Position numbers and translations under genes: made by a program
The notes under the pieces: generated by a model
Databases searched by the model: none
Seen by the model: only the letters and a program-made list of their open reading frames with translations
What the model was told of the DNA's origin: nothing
Assembly: GCA_963836695.1 (NCBI GenBank)
Contig: CAWIKX010000013.1
Span: 132,231-196,230 of the forward strand
Source of the DNA: an uncultured Alphaproteobacteria bacterium
GTDB lineage: Bacteria; Pseudomonadota; Alphaproteobacteria; Rhizobiales; Beijerinckiaceae
Reading direction: 5' to 3'
DNA length: 64,000 nucleotides
Part shown: positions 9,533-18,367 of the stretch, in pieces
How the letters are laid out: the number at the start of each line of letters is the position of its first letter
Position numbering within the stretch: position 1 is the first letter of the stretch

Positions 9533-10465
9533 ATGGGTCAGACTGCGACCGCCACTTCTCTAGCTTCCCCCATTCGGCGAGGACGCGCTTCAGCCTGGGG
9601 CGATCGTTATTTCAAATGGCTGATGGTCGCGCCCGCGGTCCTTATCATCCTGGCGTTTTCCATTTACCCACTCCTGTTCTCCCTCTGGGTCGCCTTCGTC
9701 AATTACGACTTCCAGATCCCCGGCCACGCCTTCGTTGGGTTACAGAATTTCCAACAGATCATCGACGATCCCCTTGCTTGGTCGTCGCTTGGCCTAACGA
9801 TCGCGTTGTCGGTTACCGTAGTGGCCATCGAATTCGTTCTTGGTTTGGCGCTTGCGCTGGCGATGGTGAGGATGTTCCGGGGGCGAGGGATTGTCATGTC
9901 GATCCTCATCATCCCCCTATTCATCAGCCCGGTCATCGTCGGCCAGTCGTGGGCGCTCTTCCTCCAAAGGCCATTCGGTCCCGCTGACTATCTTCTGAGC
10001 CAACTCATCGGCCGGCAGGTCGAAATCAGCTGGGTCGGCGAAGTTCCTTGGGTCTATGTCTCGATTGTGGTCGCCGACGTCTGGCAGTGGACGCCTTTCA
10101 TGTTCGTCATCCTCCTCGCGGGGTTGGCGGCTATCCCGCCTCACCTCTACGAGGTGGCGGAACTCGACGGCGTCGGGGCGGTTCAGACATTCCTCTATGT
10201 GACATTGCCGCACCTCGCCCCGGTCATGCTCCTCGCTGTCACGCTCCGGCTGCTCGATGCGGTGAAGCTGTTCGACGTTATCTTCATGTTGACCGGGGGC
10301 GGTCCAGGCACGTCGACCTACACGACCTCCTTCTATCTCTACCAAATTGGGTTCCAGCAGTTTCACTTGTCGATGGCGACTGCGGGGAGCTGGTTGTTTC
10401 TCATTTTATTGTCCGTGGTGATCATCGCGCTCGTGCGGCGTCTTTTGAAAGCGGAGACGGCGTGA
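9533..10465 (+). CDS. carbohydrate ABC transporter permease (MalF/UgpA-like)
   Basis: The ORF is 9452..10465; the first ATG is at 9533 and the start is uncertain. It has 6 TM helices and an EAA-type loop (EVAELDGVGAVQTFLYVTLP). Confidence 0.8.
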   Translation: MGQTATATSLASPIRRGRASAWGDRYFKWLMVAPAVLIILAFSIYPLLFSLWVAFVNYDFQIPGHAFVGLQNFQQIIDDPLAWSSLGLTIALSVTVVAIEFVLGLALALAMVRMFRGRGIVMSILIIPLFISPVIVGQSWALFLQRPFGPADYLLSQLIGRQVEISWVGEVPWVYVSIVVADVWQWTPFMFVILLAGLAAIPPHLYEVAELDGVGAVQTFLYVTLPHLAPVMLLAVTLRLLDAVKLFDVIFMLTGGGPGTSTYTTSFYLYQIGFQQFHLSMATAGSWLFLILLSVVIIALVRRLLKAETA

Positions 10466-11313
10466 TGGGAAGAAGGCACTCTTCCTCGAGGGCATCGGCA
10501 GTCCGCGCGGGCGTAGGTCGCGCGTTAACGATCGGGTTGTTCGTTATTTTTGTCCTCGCGCCGCTCTATTGGGTCGTCATCACCTCGATTAAACCGAGCA
10601 GCGACTATCTGACGACGCCTCCGATTTGGTTCCCCACAAAACCGACAATGGTGCACTACACCGCGGCGCTCTTCTCCTATCGGGGACTGCAAGGGCTTAT
10701 CAACAGTCTAATCATCGCATCCGCCACCACCCTGCTCTCGACTTTGATGGGCACGATGATGGGTTACAGCCTTGCACGCTTCAACACTGGCGGACGGCAT
10801 CTTTCGCTTTGGGTGCTCTCGCAGCGCTTCTTGCCTCCGGTCGCGATCGTGCTGCCGATCTTCCTTCTCTTTCGGACCTGGGGGCTCTACGACACGCTGA
10901 CGGGCCTCATCCTCGCCTACACATTCATGACGTTGCCGCTGTCGGTCTGGATGATGTTTGCCTATTTCAAGCAGTTACCGAAATCGCTCGAGGAGGCGGC
11001 TTGGGTCGACGGCCTCAGCCGGTGGCAAACCTTCTGGATAGTCGCGACTCCGCTTGCCGCGCCAGGCGTCGTCGCAGCCGCCGTCTTCGTCTTTATCGCC
11101 GTGTGGACAGAGTTCTTCTTCGCGCTCATCCTCACCAGTCGCCACGCCTTCACGCTGCCGACGATCTTTCGCGCTTTCCTTGGCTTTCAGGGCGCGCAAT
11201 ATGGCGAAGCCTGCGCGCTTGCCACGACTTCCCTCGCGCCGTCCATTGTTCTCGGCATGGTGGTCCAACGCCATCTGGTGCGCGGGCTCACCATGGGCGC
11301 CGTCAGAGGATGA
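10465..11313 (+). CDS. carbohydrate ABC transporter permease (MalG/UgpE-like)
   Basis: The real start is the ATG at 10465, overlapping the upstream TGA (10463-10465). The track ORF 10048.. is an unsupported 5' extension. EAA loop: EEAAWVDGLSRWQTFWIVATP. Confidence 0.85.
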   Translation: MGRRHSSSRASAVRAGVGRALTIGLFVIFVLAPLYWVVITSIKPSSDYLTTPPIWFPTKPTMVHYTAALFSYRGLQGLINSLIIASATTLLSTLMGTMMGYSLARFNTGGRHLSLWVLSQRFLPPVAIVLPIFLLFRTWGLYDTLTGLILAYTFMTLPLSVWMMFAYFKQLPKSLEEAAWVDGLSRWQTFWIVATPLAAPGVVAAAVFVFIAVWTEFFFALILTSRHAFTLPTIFRAFLGFQGAQYGEACALATTSLAPSIVLGMVVQRHLVRGLTMGAVRG

Positions 11314-11328
11314 ACTGAACGAACCGCC

Positions 11329-12432
11329 ATGGCGAACGTCAGAATCGGCGCCCTTCACAAGAGCTACGGCTCGGTTCAAGCTGTCCGAGGCGTCGATCTC
11401 GACATCCCGGACGGCGAATTCACGGTGCTGGTCGGACCGTCCGGGTGCGGCAAGAGTACGCTCTTGCGCACGATAGCCGGACTCGAAGACGCAGATTCGG
11501 GGGACATCGAAATCGGCGGCGAAATCGTCAATCACCTGCGTCCACGCGACCGTGATGTGGCGATGGTGTTCCAAGACTACGCGCTCTATCCGCATATGAC
11601 GGTGTTCGGCAATATTTCCCTTAGTCTGCGCGCACGTCGCATGCCCAAACCGGAGATCGAAGAGCGGGTGAAGCGCGTTGCCGGAATGTTGGGTGTGCAC
11701 ACCCTTCTCGACCGCTATCCACGCCAGCTCTCCGGCGGCCAGCGTCAGCGCGTCGCGATCGGGCGCGCAATGGTGCGCAATCCTCGCGTCTTCCTGTTCG
11801 ACGAGCCGCTGTCCAATCTCGACGCACAGCTCAGAGACGAGATGCGCGGCGAAATCAAGCGCCTCCATCAGGAGGTCTCGACAACAATGATCTATGTAAC
11901 CCATGATCAGGTTGAGGCGATGACGCTCGCCGATCGCATAGTCCTATTGCGCGACGGTGTGATCGAGCAACAGGGCGCGCCGCTCGATCTCTTCGAACGG
12001 CCGACGACATTATTTGTCGCCGGGTTCCTCGGATCGCCACGGATGAATTTCGTCAAGGGCAAACTCGAGCGCACAGTGGATGGATCGCAGGTGAAACTCG
12101 GGGACGGGGGACCAGTTCTCGCCTTGCCGGACAGACGCGGTTCGAAGTTGGTCGAAGGCGCCGACGTAATCCTTGGATTCAGGCCGGAGCACGTCAGACG
12201 CGCGGCCGCTGGCCCCGTGGCCAACGACCAGGCGCGCGTCGAATTTGAGATTGAACTCGTGCAGCCGACGGGCTCGCGCAGCTATGCGACATTCAGACTT
12301 AGCGGGCAGCCCGCGATTGCCGAACTGCAAACCCAGGACGTTAGTCGAGCGGGGGAGCGGATTCAGTTCGACATCGACTTGCGCCGCGCGGTCCTGTTCG
12401 ACGCTGGTACGGGAATGGCTTTGCCAGGATGA
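11329..12432 (+). CDS. ABC transporter ATP-binding protein (MalK/UgpC type, with C-terminal regulatory domain)
   Basis: Walker A GPSGCGKST, signature LSGGQRQRVAIGRA, Walker B VFLFDEPLSNLD, plus a TOBE-like C-terminal domain. Confidence 0.9.
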   Translation: MANVRIGALHKSYGSVQAVRGVDLDIPDGEFTVLVGPSGCGKSTLLRTIAGLEDADSGDIEIGGEIVNHLRPRDRDVAMVFQDYALYPHMTVFGNISLSLRARRMPKPEIEERVKRVAGMLGVHTLLDRYPRQLSGGQRQRVAIGRAMVRNPRVFLFDEPLSNLDAQLRDEMRGEIKRLHQEVSTTMIYVTHDQVEAMTLADRIVLLRDGVIEQQGAPLDLFERPTTLFVAGFLGSPRMNFVKGKLERTVDGSQVKLGDGGPVLALPDRRGSKLVEGADVILGFRPEHVRRAAAGPVANDQARVEFEIELVQPTGSRSYATFRLSGQPAIAELQTQDVSRAGERIQFDIDLRRAVLFDAGTGMALPG

Positions 12433-14435
12433 CCGCGATGACGAGCGCAAACAAGAGCGCAGAGCCCCCTCGAGCGGTCAAGCTCTGCGGGACCGAAGAG
12501 ATCGACTCGCCCAGCAGAAAGCTTATCGCCGGCCCGCTCACAGCAGAGCTGGAAAATGGCCAATTGCGTTATGTCGCGTTCAACGGCGTCGAGGCGCTTC
12601 GCGGCATAGCCTTTCTGGTTCGCGATCAGAACTGGGGGACGTACACACCGCGGATCGGTACTCTGTCAGTTACGGAAGGGGCCGGAAATTTCACCGTCGA
12701 GTACAAAGCGTTATGCGCCGACGACAATCAGCGGCTTGAATACGAAGCCCGCATCAGCGGGTCGAGCGATGGTGTCCTTGTCTTCAACGCCGTTGCGACG
12801 CCGCAGACCGATTTCGTGACCAATCGTGCTGGCTTCGTGGTCCTGCATCCGGCGAGGCTCGCCGGACAAAAGCTCAAGGTCACGCATGTCGACGGTCGTG
12901 AGGAGGAGACCCGCTTCCCAGAACGCATTAGTCCATCGCAGCCGGTTTTCGACATCCGCGCGCTCTCGCATGAGGCGTCGCTCGGACTGTGGGCGACTTG
13001 CCGGATGGAAGGCGACGCGTTTGAGATGGAAGACCAGCGCAACTGGACCGATGCGTCATACAAGACCTATGTGCGGCCTCTCGCGTTGCCGTGGGGGTAC
13101 ACGCTGGCGAAGGGGAGCCGGCACGAGCAGTCCGTGCGCTTGTCGCTCACAGGCGGCGGCGGTGGCGCCATAGGAGCAAGGGTGAGCGGCTCTGTCACGA
13201 TTGCATTAGGTCAAGACCTTCCGCTTCGCATGCCGGAGCTCGGTGTTGCGCTGCCCAATAATGAGATCGAAGCGGCGGCCGCGGCCATTGGCCCCCTGCG
13301 TGCGCTGAAGCCACGCTTCCTGGTCTGTCATGCCGATATGCGGGCGAGCCGGAATGTCGCTGAGTTCGAGAAGATCCGGCAGTTAAGCGAAACCGTCGGC
13401 GCGAAGATCGTCCTTGAGATTGTCGTTCCGGACCAAGCCGACGCGGTAGCGTCTCTTGAATCTATCTCAGCGGCCGCAAAGCGCGCGGACTTAAAGCTCG
13501 ATTCGATTGTCGTCTCCAGCGCCTCCGATCTCAAATCCTGGCAGCCGGGCGCCGAGCGGCCTGAGAAGCCAATGGTCGAGGAGATCGCGAAGGCCGCGCG
13601 CGCCGCGTTTCCAGGCGTCGCACTAGGCGGCGGCATGCTTTCCACCTTCACCGAGCTCAACCGCAAGCGGCCGAACGCGGCGCTGTTCGATTTCGTCACC
13701 CACACCACCTGTTCGATCGTCCACGCGGCGGACGATCGGTCGGTGATGGAGACGCTTGAAACCCTTCCGGCGATCATTGAATCAACCAGAGCCATGATCG
13801 GCGAGAAGGCCTATCGCATCGGCCCGAGCGCCATCGCGGCCCGCATGAATCCCTACGGCAAAGGCGTGCTGGACAATCCTACCAACGGGCGTATTTGCCT
13901 CACAAACAATGATCCGCGGCAGCGCGGCCTGTTCAACGCACCCTGGACGCTCGGCTATGTCGCTGCCTGCGCCTATGGGGGACTCGAAGCCGTGACGGTG
14001 GGGGCGACGACCGGTCCGCTTGGATTCATTCACCGCCGTCTATCCGACCATCCGCAGCCCAATTTCGATTCGCTCCACGGCCATGCCGTCTATCCCGCGT
14101 TCCATGTGCTGGCGGGCCTGACACGTGGCGGCGGCCATCATCTTATCGAGACCAAATCGTCCGAATCGCGTAAGGCGGCCGCGCTCGCCTGGCGGGAGGA
14201 TGGGCGCATTGTGCTTTGGCTTGCAAATCTCACGGCGGAGCCCCAGACGATTCGCATCGGCGGCGTCGAGGGCGCGCGCCTGCAAGCGAGCGTCCTGGAC
14301 GCCTCCGGGTTCGAACGAGCGATCGTCTCACTGGATGCGATGCAGAAGCTGACACATCCGCTTGAGAAAGCGGAGCTCAACCTCGACGCTTATTCAGCTG
14401 CACGTGTCGAGGTCGACCACAATCAAGCACCATGA
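12429..14435 (+). CDS. uncharacterised 668-aa protein (family not recognised); two-domain, probable enzyme
   Basis: A 2-kb uninterrupted ORF. Its ATG overlaps the ATPase stop (ATGA 12429-12432) and its stop overlaps the next start (ATGA 14432-14435). The N-terminal ~260 aa look beta-rich (FEMEDQRNWTDASYKTY). The C-terminal ~400 aa show an alternating beta/alpha pattern suggestive of a barrel. There is no signal peptide. Confidence 0.6.
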   Translation: MTAMTSANKSAEPPRAVKLCGTEEIDSPSRKLIAGPLTAELENGQLRYVAFNGVEALRGIAFLVRDQNWGTYTPRIGTLSVTEGAGNFTVEYKALCADDNQRLEYEARISGSSDGVLVFNAVATPQTDFVTNRAGFVVLHPARLAGQKLKVTHVDGREEETRFPERISPSQPVFDIRALSHEASLGLWATCRMEGDAFEMEDQRNWTDASYKTYVRPLALPWGYTLAKGSRHEQSVRLSLTGGGGGAIGARVSGSVTIALGQDLPLRMPELGVALPNNEIEAAAAAIGPLRALKPRFLVCHADMRASRNVAEFEKIRQLSETVGAKIVLEIVVPDQADAVASLESISAAAKRADLKLDSIVVSSASDLKSWQPGAERPEKPMVEEIAKAARAAFPGVALGGGMLSTFTELNRKRPNAALFDFVTHTTCSIVHAADDRSVMETLETLPAIIESTRAMIGEKAYRIGPSAIAARMNPYGKGVLDNPTNGRICLTNNDPRQRGLFNAPWTLGYVAACAYGGLEAVTVGATTGPLGFIHRRLSDHPQPNFDSLHGHAVYPAFHVLAGLTRGGGHHLIETKSSESRKAAALAWREDGRIVLWLANLTAEPQTIRIGGVEGARLQASVLDASGFERAIVSLDAMQKLTHPLEKAELNLDAYSAARVEVDHNQAP

Positions 14436-15271
14436 GAAGCGTTGAAAGGGAGAATGGCATGACTGCGCAAGGCCTAAAGGAGCTGGCCAAGACCAAGGCT
14501 CCGAAGTTGGGGCATTTTATCGTCGAGTTCGCCACGCCCGGAATCGGGCACATTCTGAAATCGGCCGGTTGCGACTTCGTGCTTTTCGATCTCGAGCATT
14601 CCGGATTCGGTTTCGAGACAGTGAAGAGCGTCATCCGCTACTTCGAGGCGGCCGATCTACCGGTGATCGTGCGCGTTCCGTCGAAGGAATACCATCATAT
14701 CGCTCGCGCCATGGACATGGGGGCTGAGGGCCTAATGTTGCCTATGGTCGGCAACGTGAACGAAGTCCGTCACATCCTTAACTCTATGAAGTACACGCCG
14801 GATGGCGGACGGGGCGTCGCCTTGCAGGTCTCCCACGATCGCTATCGGCCCGGGCCTGTTGTGGATAAGTTTGTCGCAGCGAACCGGCGCAGCACATTCT
14901 TCTGCCAAATCGAGACCGCAGAGGGCGTCGAGAACGCAGAAGCCATCGCGGCGGCGCCTGGGGTCGATTGTTTGTGGGTGGGTCATTTCGATCTCTCGGT
15001 TTCGCTCGGCGTTCCGGGCGAGTTCGGCTCGAAAACATTCACCCAGGCAATCGCGCGGGTTTGCGAGGCCGCCCGCAAGCACGGAAAGTCTCTCGGCCGC
15101 CTAGTTCCGACGGTGCAGCAGGGTGTCGATCTTTTTGGTCAGGGATTCGACTTCATCTGCTATTCCGGCGACGTCTGGGTGCTGCACGACGCGCTTAAGG
15201 ACGCGATCGACAAATTGCGCGAAGGTTGCGTCCCCGCGGAGAAGGCGAAGAAGGCGGGAAGCAAGCGATGA
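14432..15271 (+). CDS. HpcH/HpaI-family 2-keto-3-deoxy-acid aldolase
   Basis: Family motifs are present (VIVRVPS, MDMGAEGLMLPMV, FCQIETAEGVENAEAIAA, LWVGHFDLSVSLG). An alternative start is the ATG at 14459, preceded by GGGAGA. Confidence 0.85.
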   Translation: MRSVERENGMTAQGLKELAKTKAPKLGHFIVEFATPGIGHILKSAGCDFVLFDLEHSGFGFETVKSVIRYFEAADLPVIVRVPSKEYHHIARAMDMGAEGLMLPMVGNVNEVRHILNSMKYTPDGGRGVALQVSHDRYRPGPVVDKFVAANRRSTFFCQIETAEGVENAEAIAAAPGVDCLWVGHFDLSVSLGVPGEFGSKTFTQAIARVCEAARKHGKSLGRLVPTVQQGVDLFGQGFDFICYSGDVWVLHDALKDAIDKLREGCVPAEKAKKAGSKR

Positions 15272-16317
15272 GCGCCCCGTTTCGTGTGGCTCTGTCTGGC
15301 GATTTCCGCACGCCTGACGGAGCCCCCGTCTATCCCGACTTCGACCTCGAACCGCTGCGTCGCGCGCCGAATGTCGAGTTTGCTTATCTTGAGCCGCGCA
15401 ATCCGTTGGAAGCCGGTCAGCTTGCGGATTTCGATGCGCTGATTCTTCTCGCGCACCGCTTCACGAGAGAGAGCATCCACCCGAATGGGCGGCTCGCTGT
15501 CGTTGCCCGATTCGGCGTCGGGTACGACACCGTCGATGTGGACGCCTGCACGCGGGCAGGCATTGCGCTCGCCATCACTCCGGATGGCGTGCGCAGGCCG
15601 GTCGCGGTTTCGATCATCACCTTCATTCTGGCTCTCAGCGGCAAGCTCATGGTGAAGGATCGGCTGACTCGTGAAGCTGCGGCCGGTTTTGCCAAACGAG
15701 GCGACTATATGGGTGTCGGTCTCGTCGGACGCACCCTCGGATCGATCGGAATTGGAAATATCGGGGCCGAGCTCTTCAAGTTGATCCAGCCCTTCAACAT
15801 GAAGTTGATTGCGCACGATCCTTATACCAACTCGAAGCTCGCCGCCGAGCTTGGCGTGGAGCTCGTTGGCCTTGAGGATGTATTCCGCCATTCGGATTTT
15901 GTCAGCGTAAGTTGTCCGCTGACCTCGGAAACCCGCCACCTCGTCAACGCCGAGCGTCTCGCCTTGATGAAGCCGACGGCCTATCTCATAAATACGTCCC
16001 GAGGACCGATCGTCGATCAGCAGGCGTTGACCAACGCGCTTGAGCAGCGCCGGATCGCGGGCGCCGGGCTCGACGTGCTCGAAAAGGAACCGCCGGACTC
16101 CGACGACCCCATTCTCAAGCTCGACAACGTGATCCTCGCGCCGCACGCCCTTTGCTGGACGGACCAGTGCTTCGCCGGTAACGGGGCTGCGGACGTTCGC
16201 GCGGTTCTTGACGTCCAGCACGGCCGCGAGCCGCGCGTGGTCGTCAACCGCGATGTGCTCGAAACGGCGACTTGGAAGAACCGCTTACTCGAGTTCCGGA
16301 AGCGCTTTGGGACGTAG
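15268..16317 (+). CDS. D-isomer-specific 2-hydroxyacid dehydrogenase family protein
   Basis: The ATG at 15268 overlaps the aldolase stop (ATGA). NAD fold GRTLGSIGIGNIGAE is present, with catalytic-region motifs INTSRGPIVD and AGLDVLEKEP. Confidence 0.85.
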   Translation: MSAPFRVALSGDFRTPDGAPVYPDFDLEPLRRAPNVEFAYLEPRNPLEAGQLADFDALILLAHRFTRESIHPNGRLAVVARFGVGYDTVDVDACTRAGIALAITPDGVRRPVAVSIITFILALSGKLMVKDRLTREAAAGFAKRGDYMGVGLVGRTLGSIGIGNIGAELFKLIQPFNMKLIAHDPYTNSKLAAELGVELVGLEDVFRHSDFVSVSCPLTSETRHLVNAERLALMKPTAYLINTSRGPIVDQQALTNALEQRRIAGAGLDVLEKEPPDSDDPILKLDNVILAPHALCWTDQCFAGNGAADVRAVLDVQHGREPRVVVNRDVLETATWKNRLLEFRKRFGT

Positions 16318-16338
16318 ACTAAGAGCTCCGATCACCCC

Positions 16339-17640
16339 TCACGCCCCCGTCACGCGCCAGATCACATTGCCGACGTCATCGGCGACCAGGAGCGAGCCGT
16401 CCGGCCCCAACGCCACGCCGACCGGCCGTCCGAATGACGATCGCTCGTCGGGCGCGAGGAAGTCGGTCAGAATGTCTCGCGACGGCCCTGACGGGCGCCC
16501 GTTCGCAAACGGCACGAAGATGACTTTGTAGCCGCTCAGCGTGCTCCGGTTCCAGGAGCCGTGTTGTCCGATCACCATGCCCTCGGCAAACCCCGGAAGG
16601 ACGCCGGCTGGCAGCCAGCAGAGCCCGAGCGATGCTGTGTGACCGCCGAGAGCATAGTCCGGCTGGATTGCGCTCGCGACCAGCGCCGCATCTTGGGGGA
16701 CGCGGTCGTCGACCGTCTTGCCCCAGTAGCAATAGGGCCAGCCGTAGAAACCCCCGTCGCGAACGGACGTAAGGTAATCCGGAGGCGTTTCGTCGCCCAG
16801 GCCGTCGCGCTCGTTGACCACCGTCCACAGCGCGCCAGTCTGAGGCTCCCAGGCGAGGCCGACGGGATTGCGCAGTCCGGACGCGAAGATGCGGCTTTTG
16901 CCGCTCGCCAGATCGAGTTCATGGATGGCGGCTCGGCCTTGTTCGACGCCCATGCCCTTGTCGGCGATGTTGGTCAGCGAACCGACCCCGATGTAGAGCT
17001 TCGTCTTGTCCGGAGACAAAAGCAGGCTGCGCGTCCAATGGCCGCCGCCATTGTGCGTGGTTAGCTTGCGGCCTTGTCCTGTGATGCTGTTCGCGCCCGC
17101 CGTATAGGGAAACGCCACCACGCCATCGGTATTGCCGACGTAAAAAGTATCGCCGACCAGCGCCATCCCGAATGGCTGGTTTTGCCGTTCGAGGAACGCG
17201 TTCTTAATCTCTGCGACGCCATCGCCGTCGGCATCCCGCAACAATGTGATCCGGTTCGGGCTCTCTCCCATGGCGGCCGCCCGCTTCAGCGTGCTGATCA
17301 TGGCGTAGTCGAAGAGGGAGTTTACAGGTTCCGGCGTCAAAAGCGCCTCGGCTGCGAGCACATCGCCGTTCGGCAGGACGCATATCCATCGAGGATGCTT
17401 GAGATCGGTCGCGAAGGCGTTGACCTTGAGGCCGGGAGCGACCGTGGGCGTCTTCCCCTGAGGCCAGCCCCTCGCGGTTGGCATCTTGAGCGTCGGAATG
17501 CTGCCCTGCGCCTTAGCGGCAGGAATGGCTGGATCGGCGCCGAAGGCTTGCGTCACCTTCCGGCCATCCTGCCCTCGCAAGACGATCGCCGCCGCGCCGA
17601 TCCCTTCGACCACACGCGAGAACATATCCAAAAACGCCAT
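16339..17640 (-). CDS. PQQ-dependent sugar dehydrogenase (sorbosone dehydrogenase family), paralog of 1806-3131
   Basis: 433 aa with the same propeller motifs as the first copy (LPNGDVLAAE, GLRNPVGLAWEP, LWTVVNERDGLG, FYGWPYCYWG, GRPVGVALGPDGSLLVADD). Confidence 0.85.
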   Translation of the reverse strand: MAFLDMFSRVVEGIGAAAIVLRGQDGRKVTQAFGADPAIPAAKAQGSIPTLKMPTARGWPQGKTPTVAPGLKVNAFATDLKHPRWICVLPNGDVLAAEALLTPEPVNSLFDYAMISTLKRAAAMGESPNRITLLRDADGDGVAEIKNAFLERQNQPFGMALVGDTFYVGNTDGVVAFPYTAGANSITGQGRKLTTHNGGGHWTRSLLLSPDKTKLYIGVGSLTNIADKGMGVEQGRAAIHELDLASGKSRIFASGLRNPVGLAWEPQTGALWTVVNERDGLGDETPPDYLTSVRDGGFYGWPYCYWGKTVDDRVPQDAALVASAIQPDYALGGHTASLGLCWLPAGVLPGFAEGMVIGQHGSWNRSTLSGYKVIFVPFANGRPSGPSRDILTDFLAPDERSSFGRPVGVALGPDGSLLVADDVGNVIWRVTGA

Positions 17641-17714
17641 CGTTATTGTCCTTCGAATATCACGCGCATTCTAGTACAGGCTGATGACGTTTGCGCGCGG
17701 AAATCGAAGGTTGG

Positions 17715-18356
17715 TCAGCGCAGGTTGTGGCGCGCGCGCAGGTCACTCGCTTGGGCCGGGGTCAACGGCCGGATTGCCTGGCCGCGCAGCAGCAGGAAGA
17801 GCTTCGCCGTCTCCTCGAGCTCCTCGGTGGCATATTGCGCGTTCTCGAGCGACGTTCCCGCGACGACGGGCCCATGATTGGCGAGCAGCACGGCATGATG
17901 CTCGCCGGCCAACGCGCCGACCGCCTTGGCCAGGCTTTCGTCGCCGGGCGGAAAATAGGGCGCGAGCGGCAGCCGCCCAACGCGCATGACGAAGTAGGCC
18001 GTGAGCGGCGGCAGCGCATCTCGCGGATCTACGTCGGCAAGCAGGCTGACAGCGACCGAATGGGTCGAATGCAAATGCACGACGGCGCGCGCATCGGCGC
18101 GCTCCTTGTACATGCAGAAGTGCAGGAACGCTTCCTTGGTCGGCTTGCCGCCCGAGAGCAGACGACCCTCGTTGTCGAACTTGGTCAGGTTCGCCGGGTC
18201 CAGCTTGCCGAGCGAAGCGTTGGTCGGTGTCATCAGCCAGCCGCCTTGGGGTAAGCGAACGCTGATGTTCCCCGTGGAGCCGAAGGTCAGGCCGCGAGAG
18301 AAGAGCGAGAGTCCGACCTCGCAGATCTCATCGCGCACCTTCGTCTCATCGCCCAT
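17715..18356 (-). CDS. otnC: class II aldolase/adducin-fold protein, 3-oxo-tetronate 4-phosphate decarboxylase-like
   Basis: 213 aa with GSTGNISVRL, MTPTNASLGKLDP and AVVHLHSTHSVA. It lies directly downstream of a DUF1537-type kinase and a Hyi-family isomerase, the gene context of the tetronate pathway. Confidence 0.75.
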   Translation of the reverse strand: MGDETKVRDEICEVGLSLFSRGLTFGSTGNISVRLPQGGWLMTPTNASLGKLDPANLTKFDNEGRLLSGGKPTKEAFLHFCMYKERADARAVVHLHSTHSVAVSLLADVDPRDALPPLTAYFVMRVGRLPLAPYFPPGDESLAKAVGALAGEHHAVLLANHGPVVAGTSLENAQYATEELEETAKLFLLLRGQAIRPLTPAQASDLRARHNLR

Positions 18357-18367
18357 GCTCGCGTCCT

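Noticed and set aside
10048-10464. 139-codon N-terminal extension of the second permease ORF, lying inside the first permease gene.
   Set aside because: The extension has no TM character and is Arg/Gly-rich. The ATG at 10465 overlaps the upstream stop and gives a normal MalG-like N-terminus.
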